From assembly GCA_977020255.1 (NCBI GenBank), contig CDROCS010006370.1, positions 1 through 64,000 of the forward strand: a stretch of 64,000 nt of DNA, written 5' to 3'. Each line of letters starts with the position of its first letter. The first letter of the stretch is position 1. Below are positions 56,491 to 64,000 of this stretch, piece by piece. The notes beneath the pieces were generated by a model. That model had not been told where the DNA came from and did no database searches. It saw only the letters and a list, made by a program, of their open reading frames with translations. This DNA comes from Obrimoposthia wandeli. Lineage: Eukaryota. Made by a program: the position numbers and the translations under genes.

Positions 56491-57516
56491 ATGGAGAACA
56501 AATGGTTCAATCCAAAAGACCCAATTGGCTACACAGGAGTTTCGAAACTGACAAAAATACAAAACAGAATTACAAGAAAACGCAGAAATGGCTGAACGAT
56601 CAAATAGTCTACAGTCTGAACAAGCCAATGAGTAGAAGGTTTCCAACTAGAGCTTACAAAACCAGCGGTCCTAATAATTTTTGGCAAATGTATTTGATGA
56701 TATGATTCCATATTCTTCCATTAGTAAGGGATACCGATATATTTTAACATGTATTGATGTATTTAGCAGGTTTGCGCGTGCAATTCCAATTAAAACAAAG
56801 ACTTCAATAGCTATGCTTGAAGCCATTAAAGAAATATTAAAAGAGAACATTTTACAAAATGTGCAAACTGATTTAGGAAAAGAATTTTATAATAATCAAT
56901 TTCAAACATTATTTAAGCCAAATAATATAAATTACTACTCGGTGTTTTCGCAGTACAAAGCAGCATTAGTAGAAAGATTTAATCGTACTTTAAAAGATCG
57001 AATAAAAAAGTATTTCACAAAAGAAGAAAATAAAAAGTGGATCCAAGTTTTGCGTAAAATAATACATGCATATATTCACTCTGAACGTAGAAGTCTCAAG
57101 GGAATGAAACCTGTTGATGTTACTGATAAAAACTCTATTGATATTTGGATAGACAGGAATAAAAAAGAAAATGTTAAAAAAGCTACATATAAGAAAAATG
57201 AATATGTTCCAATTTCTAAAATTAGCTCTACTCCATTTATTAAAAACTTTGATCAGATTGGAGCGATGAAATATTTTGTATAAGTAAAATTGATTAAAAG
57301 AGTAATCCAATAATGTATACTATTAAAGATGCTGACAATAATATCGTTCACGGTAAATTTTACGAGCAAGAACTACAAGTAATATCAAATAAACCTAGCG
57401 TTTTCCGTATTCAAAAAATATTAAAATCTAAGGGTACAGGTAAACATAAACAATACTTTTATAAATGGCATGGTTATTCAGATCCAACTTGGATATCAGC
57501 ATCTAATATAATATGA
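56491..57516 (+). pseudogene. retroviral-like (rve) integrase with C-terminal chromodomain
   Basis: WFNPKDPIGYTG, YILTCIDVFSR, VQTDLGKEF, VERFNRTLK, then GKFYEQELQ and FRIQKILKSKG...Y.KWHGYS. Frameshifts present. Confidence 0.95.
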
Positions 57517-58495
57517 AGTCTATGTATATGGTTTTATCTAGTAACACATGCCCGAAGACTCAGCCGGATAATGACGATAGTAGCTTTATTATCGATTGGA
57601 AAAATCCTATAAATCTCCAAGGAGAATGGGAAGCGGCTTTAACTAATTTTTTTAAAATTATTCTCCAATTAGTATCAGAAAAAACTCACATATTTCGTTT
57701 ACCAAAGAAACTGAAGTTGTGATCGGGTTTGATAGTAAAGGAAAATTATTTTACAATTGTATAGATAAATAAGTGAAAGTAATATATGAAAATAACAAAA
57801 TAAGATTTAAAAATCGATTATTTTTTATTCAATTGACATTTGAATCTAAAAAAGAAGCTCTTCATTTCAGTTTTGATAGTGAACATGCAATAGGTATTAA
57901 GATACGGGATATTGTCACATCTAAATGGGTTAGAAATGTTCCTGGTAGAGTTAGAAGACTGTTGTTAGCTGAAACGAGATCAAAGGATGTACTTTAACTG
58001 AAAAAGTTTTTAAAAATTATAAAATATATAGTGAAGTGAATTTATGTAAATTAATATAGAAGGAATTTAGTGAATATTTGGATAAATGTGTAACATTAAA
58101 ATATGGTAAATTGACGTTTACAGTAAAGAGCAATGTAAAGCGGGTTTCATTTAATAATAAAATCGCAAAAAAACTCAGTTTAAACAGAAATACCTTAGAA
58201 ACCTGTACAATAAAACTCATAAAAGATAAAAATAAGGCAAAACTTTAAAATTATATAAAGCATTTATATATTTATACTAATTTAATAGAACCAACGCTTG
58301 TAGGAGGACTACGAGTTCCACTTTTGAGAACAATATGGATATCTTAAACTCAAACTAAAGTTCGGGACGTTATCGGTATTCGTATAAATCAACCCATGTA
58401 TCTTCCAGTTGCTCTATTTTCTATAAGCAATATTGAAGTAAATATTAGAGATGATTCCGAACAACTAATAGATTTCTAATAGACAAAGAAAGCAA
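57513..58495 (+). pseudogene. minor capsid protein (penton/PX-like)
   Basis: N-terminus MYMVLSSN...PDN..SSFI.DWKNPINLQGEWEAAL; C-terminus YIYTNLIEPTLVGGLRVPLLR...NIEVNIRDD..QLIDF. Confidence 0.85.
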
Positions 58496-58496
58496 A

Positions 58497-58874
58497 ATGG
58501 CAAATCCGGCAATAATTGAAGCTTATAGTCAAAGCCAACAGGGTTGAGAATAACCATATTTTGTTGGTAAACAATATGGATCCAGCTGGCTTAGAACATT
58601 AGGTAGATTTGCCTTTCCTATTTTGAAGAAACTCGGAAGATTTGTATCAAATTTAGGAAAGGACTACCTTTCATCTAAGGACAATAAACTAATACCAACT
58701 TTTAAGAAGCATGCACTTAATGAACTTGATAATGTTTTACCTGACGTTACTAATTTGATTAGAAAAGGTAAATCAAATGAAAGCCAAGAAGGTAGCGGAT
58801 TTAAACGTAAAAAGAAGCAAAAAATTAATATAAACAAACGTAAGAAAGTTGAAGAAACAATATTTGCAAATTGA
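58497..58874 (+). pseudogene. Maverick QxGxG-motif protein (PW/PZ-type; core or membrane-lytic candidate)
   Basis: YSQSQQG..PYFVGKQYGSSWLRTLGRFAFPILKKLG amphipathic segment, then QEGSG and a basic tail. Confidence 0.7.
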
Positions 58875-60066
58875 GTTGCGTCAAAACCGTATTGTTGTAC
58901 ATAATGCTTTCATTGAAGAAATATTTCTAGTTAACTCAGCTTCAGGAACCACTTTAACCGATTTAGAATTTAATATTAATGGTTCCAAAAGTGAATATTT
59001 AGATTTGAATGATACTTTGCTTTAGGTTCAAATAAAAGTCTTAAATCGAGATGAGACTAATTTAGCGGAAAATGCCCATGTAACACCTGTTAATTATATC
59101 TTTAATTCTTTATTTAGTGATGCCAATATTACTCTTATTAATATCAAAATTAAGTGTAGAAATTCTTTATATGCTCATAAAGCTTTGGTTGAAAGTCTAT
59201 TGAATTATAGTACTGATACTCAAAATACTAATTTGACAACCATTGGTTATGATAAAACGCTGCAACTCACAAAGAATGGATTGCAGAATCTAAAGCTTAC
59301 GAAATGTGTGGCTCTATGAGATTGAACTTCTTTGAACAATCGAAATATTTAATTCCCGGTGTTAATGTACATCTTCGTTTTAAACGTAATAAATGGAATT
59401 TTTCTTTGATAAGCACAGATATTCTAAAACCTAGACTTGATATTTTGCATGCAAAACTATATGTTCAAAGAGTTAAAACCGAGCAATAAGATTAATGGCA
59501 CATAATATAGGAATGGAAAAAAACAATGGTTGTTATCCAATAAGAGAAACTAAACTTATATCCTACTCTTTAGGTACGGGTACACAAGCTTTTAATAAGG
59601 ATCAAATTTTTGGTGATGTAAGATTCCCGAAATTCGTTTTAATTTCTTTTTAAAAAACTGCAAAGTTTCTAGGAAATTATACGACAGATGTAACTCAATT
59701 TGACAATCGTAATGTATGTTCAGTAACACTTTCAAGAAATACTGATTATCGTGATACATATAAAACATTTTTCGAAGATAACGCTTATGCTTTGGCTTAT
59801 ACGCAATCTATTATTCTGAATTTGGGTCAACTAGATAAAAATATAAGCAATGGTATTTCTTTCACTGAGTTTAAAAGTAGCTGCCCGTTCTTCACATTTG
59901 TTTTGGCACCAGACTTTGATATAAACCAATGCCAACTACCAAAGATGGAAATTTACGACTAGAAATTAAGTTCAATGCAGCTTTAACACATCCTACTACG
60001 GTGCTTATTTACGTAGTATTTGATTCGGAAATACAAATCAATAAAAACAAAACTATCATATTATAG
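58871..60066 (+). pseudogene. major capsid protein (PY, double jelly-roll type)
   Basis: LEFNING..SEYLDLNDTLL, PVNY.FNSLFS, Y..KA.VESLLNYS, FFEQSKYLIPGVNVHLRFKRN; ends IQINKNKTIIL*. Confidence 0.9.
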
Positions 60067-60067
60067 A

Positions 60068-60224
60068 ATGGAGTAAGACATTTTTTTAAAATTTATATTT
60101 ATTAATTTTTATTTAGTTCAGTACAAGTACAAGAATCAGCAGAGAAGTTCATAGGTGATAAATTCAATGGAGTTTATCCTATTGATATGATTCCATTTAT
60201 TCAATCAGCCTAGCTTTATTATTT
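60068..60224 (+). pseudogene. adenain-type cysteine protease, N-terminal part, with 44-nt intron
   Basis: ATGGA|GTAAG..TTTAG|TTCAGTA (intron 60073-60116) gives MDSVQVQESAEKFIGDKFNGVYPIDMIP. Confidence 0.75.
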
Positions 60225-60230
60225 ATTGAG

Positions 60231-61572
60231 AAAATCCTATAAATATCCAAGGAGAATGGGAAGCGACTTTAACAGTTTTTTTATTTATTATTCTCCAATT
60301 ACTATCATAAAAACTCACATATTTCGTTTACAAAATAAATGAATTATGAAAAACAAATAATGTTGTGATCAGGTTTGTTAGTAAAGGAAAATTATATTAG
60401 AATTATAGATAAAATGATAAATAAAGAAGTGAAAGTAATAAATGAAAATAACAATGTCAGATTTAAAAATCGATTATTTTTTATTCCATTAGCATTTGAA
60501 TCTAAAAAAGAAGCTCTTCAATTCGGTTTTGTTAGTGAACAAGCAGTAGGTATTAAGAGACGGGATATTGTATCATCTAATTCGGCTAGAAATGTTCCTT
60601 ATAGAGTAGCAAAACTGTTATTAGTTGAAACGAGAGTAAGTGATGTACTGGAACCCTAAAAGATTTAAAAATATTATAAAATAGATAGTGAAGTGAATTT
60701 ATGTAAATTTATAATGAAGGAATTTAGTGAATATTTGGATAAATATGTGTAACATTAAAAATATTAAATAGACGTTTACAGTAAAAAGCAATATAAAACG
60801 GGTTTCCTTTGATGATAAACTCGCTAAAAACGTCGATTTGACCAGAAATACCTTTGAAACCTATACAATAAAACTCATAAAAGATAAAAATAAAGCAAAA
60901 CTTTAAAATGCTATTAATCAGTTATATATTTATACTAGTTTAATAGAACCAATGCTTATTGAAGGACTACGAGTTCCACTTTTGAGAACGATATGGATAT
61001 CTAAAAGTCAAACTAAAATTGATAAAGTTATAGGTATTCGTATAGATCAACCAATGTATCTTTCAGTTGCTCTCTTATCTATAAACAATATTGAAGTAAA
61101 TATTATAGATGATTCCAGACAACTAATAGATTTCACATACGAAGCCAAGACAAATTTAACAATACATTTAAGAAAAGAAATGGCGAATCCTGTAATAAAT
61201 GAAGCTTATAGTCAAAGCCAACAAGGTGGATAATTACCATATTTTGTTGGTAAACAATATGGATCCGGCTGGCTTAGAACATTATGTAGATTTGCCTATC
61301 CTCGTTTTAAGAGACTCGAGCAATTTGTATAAAAATTAGGAAAGGACTACCTTTCATCTAAGGATAATAAGCTAATACCAACTTTTAAGAAGCATGCACC
61401 TTATGAGCTTATTAATGTTTTACCTGACGTTGCTAATTTGATTAAAAAAGTTAATCAAATGAAAGCCAAGAAGGTAGAGGATTTAAACGTAAAAAAGAAG
61501 CAAAAAATTAATATAAACAAACGTAAGAAAGTTGACGGAACAATAATTGAAAAATGAGTTGCGCCAAAACTG
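60231..61572 (+). repeat. diverged direct duplicate of ~57601-58889 (most of minor capsid, QxGxG gene, MCP start)
   Basis: Colinear similarity from AAAATCCTATAAAT.TCCAAGGAGAATGGGAAGCG to GAGTTGCG.CAAAAC, with scattered substitutions and indels. Confidence 0.93.
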
Positions 61573-61578
61573 ATTTAA

Positions 61579-61719
61579 TATCCGTCAGCACTCATCAGAC
61601 ATGTGGAAACTCATGGGAAACGCCATGTATTCTATAATAAAACTCGTAAGCAAAACCTGTTAACTACTTATTGTGGTCTTTTATGTCTTTTATGGTTGTA
61701 TCATCAAATTTCTCAATAA
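61579..61719 (+). pseudogene. adenain-type protease, C-terminal part
   Basis: YNKTRKQNLLTTYCGLLCLLWL matches the oxyanion Gln and catalytic Cys motif (Q...S/T..CG.YC). Confidence 0.8.
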
Positions 61720-62329
61720 ATTTTACGAATTTAAATGACTTATTTTTATACAAGTTAGATTTATATAGATTATAATATTAATTTCAAACTTTTTTAACAA
61801 ATTTATAAGTTACATGCTTTACGTGATTGTAAATAATTTTATGAAAAGAAATTATTAAAACGTTTAAAAAATATTAATTAAAAATATCTAAAAAATAAAA
61901 AAAAAACTATATGATCATACTAAATTACATAAAACAATAAACTAAAAATACTTAAAAAACTTACATTTTTACATTTTTTAACATCTAAAATTTTTATAAA
62001 TTTTAATTATGTAGAGTTTTATTAAATAATCAATATTTTAAAAAAATTAAAGATTAAAAAACTTTTTTTTATACAATTCTAAAATCAAATCTGGAAAAAA
62101 TATTTTTTTATATATATCACGTTGCAGGTGTTTAGTACCAAAATTTTAATTCTTGTAAGTTTTTTACTATATCATACGTTGTAGGCGTTTTTTCGATATA
62201 AATGAAACATTTAACATTAATGGCTCAGTGATATTTTATGTGAGTTAATTTTTTTTATTATGATTTTATTTTATTTTTTCACATTTATTTATAGATTCAT
62301 TTTTAATATGAAATTTACAAAGATATAAT

Positions 62330-62394
62330 CCAAGTATCGTGTTTAGTATATGCCAAGTATCCTGTTTAGTATATACCAAGTATCCTGTTTAGTT
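62330..62394 (+). repeat. ~23-bp tandem repeat x~3 upstream of putative pPolB start
   Basis: CCAAGTATC(C/G)TGTTTAGTATAT repeated. Confidence 0.85.
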
Positions 62395-62471
62395 TGAATT
62401 GAAGAAGAATGCTACTGATCTTATTATTGTGACTCTCTCTCTATTATTGTTATAATTATTATTATTTAAAC

Positions 62472-64000
62472 ATGTCTCATATAACTTTTAATAATGGTAA
62501 TACTTTTGTCCGGTCTTCAGATGAAGGGCTCCTCGCTTTAGGTGGCTCCAAAATGGATCATCTAGTTTAAATAACAACAAAATCAACAACACAAGATTTT
62601 TTAGTTTTAAAAAGCCATTTCCCGTAACGCCAATTGGCAGTCCGAACACATCTCCTTTTAAAGATTTAATTCATTTATTAGTAGACGAGAGTGACAATAA
62701 AACCCAAAACAAATATTATCATCGCAATGTGCGAGATAATATAAATTTTGATTCAATAACTAATGTTAAAGTGTTATATAAATTGGTTAAGCGCCTTAAG
62801 AATAAGTTGAAACGATGCTTTAAAAAGAAGGAAGCTAAAAAAGGAGCTAGAACAGTTAACAATTCATGCTGATTTATTACATTCAGTTAAGCAAATAAAA
62901 ATAGAACCTAATAAACTAATTAGAGACATGGCTAAAAAATTTATACTGCGTTTGGTTCACACAAATTATATTTTAAGCAAAACGGGAAATCTTTTAATTT
63001 TTGTGACAAGGTTATCGATGTCTTATAAGACGTAGCACTTATCACTGTTTTCCTAAAATGTTTGGTGTTAATTATAGTTCTAATGATCGTTTTATGAATA
63101 TTAATACAAATTAACTTAATTGTTTTAAAGTTACTACAATTTCTCAAGATGCCCTAATAAAAGATTTAGCAGAGAAAATTTACTCAATATATAGAACTCA
63201 AAAATTATATTTTATAGATCATTCGTTTGTCACATCATTCAACTTTGATGATAGATTAGATGATGTACTGTTTGATGGTGCATTAATTAGTGTTTTTCCT
63301 AAAGTTTGTCACCATGTCAACTTTATAACTACTGTACTAGTAATATCCATAATTTAGATTGTCATGTTTTTATGAAAAAATATTACATGTTTTAAAACGG
63401 GTACATATGTCCCTTATGTGATATATTGTTTACAAATATAGAATATTTAGATTTCTATTCTTATCAGAAAATTCATTTAACTTATTTTAATACTAAGAAA
63501 TCAAACTATAAGCGTAAATCATCATCATCATTATCGTCAAGCAGTAATACAGTTATAAAACTAAAAACAATTAATAATATAATACCGGTTGATAGTTTTA
63601 ATAATAGTTTTGATTTTAAAATAGTTGATTGTTGGTCACGTCCTCATAGTCTAACATTTTCACCTAATTTTGATTTCACTACATTTTTAAATGATAATGA
63701 TTTTACAAATTTACGGGATAATGAATTAGATAAGCATTTAAACGAATCTCTAGATTTTAATGACATACTTTATACATATGAAAAACCATTTGTTAATGAA
63801 TTATATAATGATTTTGTAGCAACTGTATTTCTTTTCGGTTTTCGAACTGGGGCTGCTTATGATAAACATAGAACCCACTGTAATTTTAATACTGATACTA
63901 TAACTTTATTCACTATGCCAGAAAATAAATATTGTGAATTCACAGATTGGTCAAAGTCAGTTCAACCTTATTTTGTAGAATACGCTGATTTTGAAAGTAT
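62472..64000 (+). pseudogene. protein-primed DNA polymerase B, N-terminal part; runs off window
   Basis: Open frame 63396-64000 ends GFRTGAAYDKHRTHC...MPENKYCEFTDWSKSVQPYFVEYADFES, matching the zinc finger, MP..K...F.N and YADFE ExoI motif of Maverick pPolB. The upstream part and start position are approximate. Confidence 0.7.

Larger units (their letters stand above)
52732..64000 (+). mobile_element. Maverick/Polinton (adintovirus-like) element, left part, degraded; continues beyond window
   Basis: Terminus AGTAGGTAGG at 52732; co-oriented ATPase, integrase with chromodomain, minor capsid, major capsid, adenain-type protease and pPolB. Confidence 0.95.

Overview
AT-rich eukaryotic (probably invertebrate animal) genomic DNA. 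Host genes: a complete 15-exon alpha-actinin (+, 11516-28607, 893 aa as assembled) and a convergent spliced gene for a secreted Cys-module protein (-, ~30336-42670). Mobile DNA: the 3' half of a degraded env-bearing Ty3/Gypsy element (1-~4870) followed by a DEDDh exonuclease pseudogene, nested hAT elements, an L2 fragment, a TTAA-flanked piggyBac, and the left ~11 kb of a degraded Maverick/Polinton (52732 to window end) with ATPase, integrase, minor and major capsid, protease and pPolB. The Maverick also carries a TBP-like gene, a pair of paralogous unknown (possibly SSB-like) ORFs and two short spliceosomal introns. Two non-coding elements share its AGTAGG...CCTACT termini and have 6-bp target-site duplications: a 576-bp mini-element (7764-8339) and a 7.8-kb foldback element (43604-51411) with self-folding ends and internal satellite arrays. 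Together these suggest a Maverick helper plus non-autonomous satellite elements. All family assignments come from motif recognition by eye; no database searches were run.
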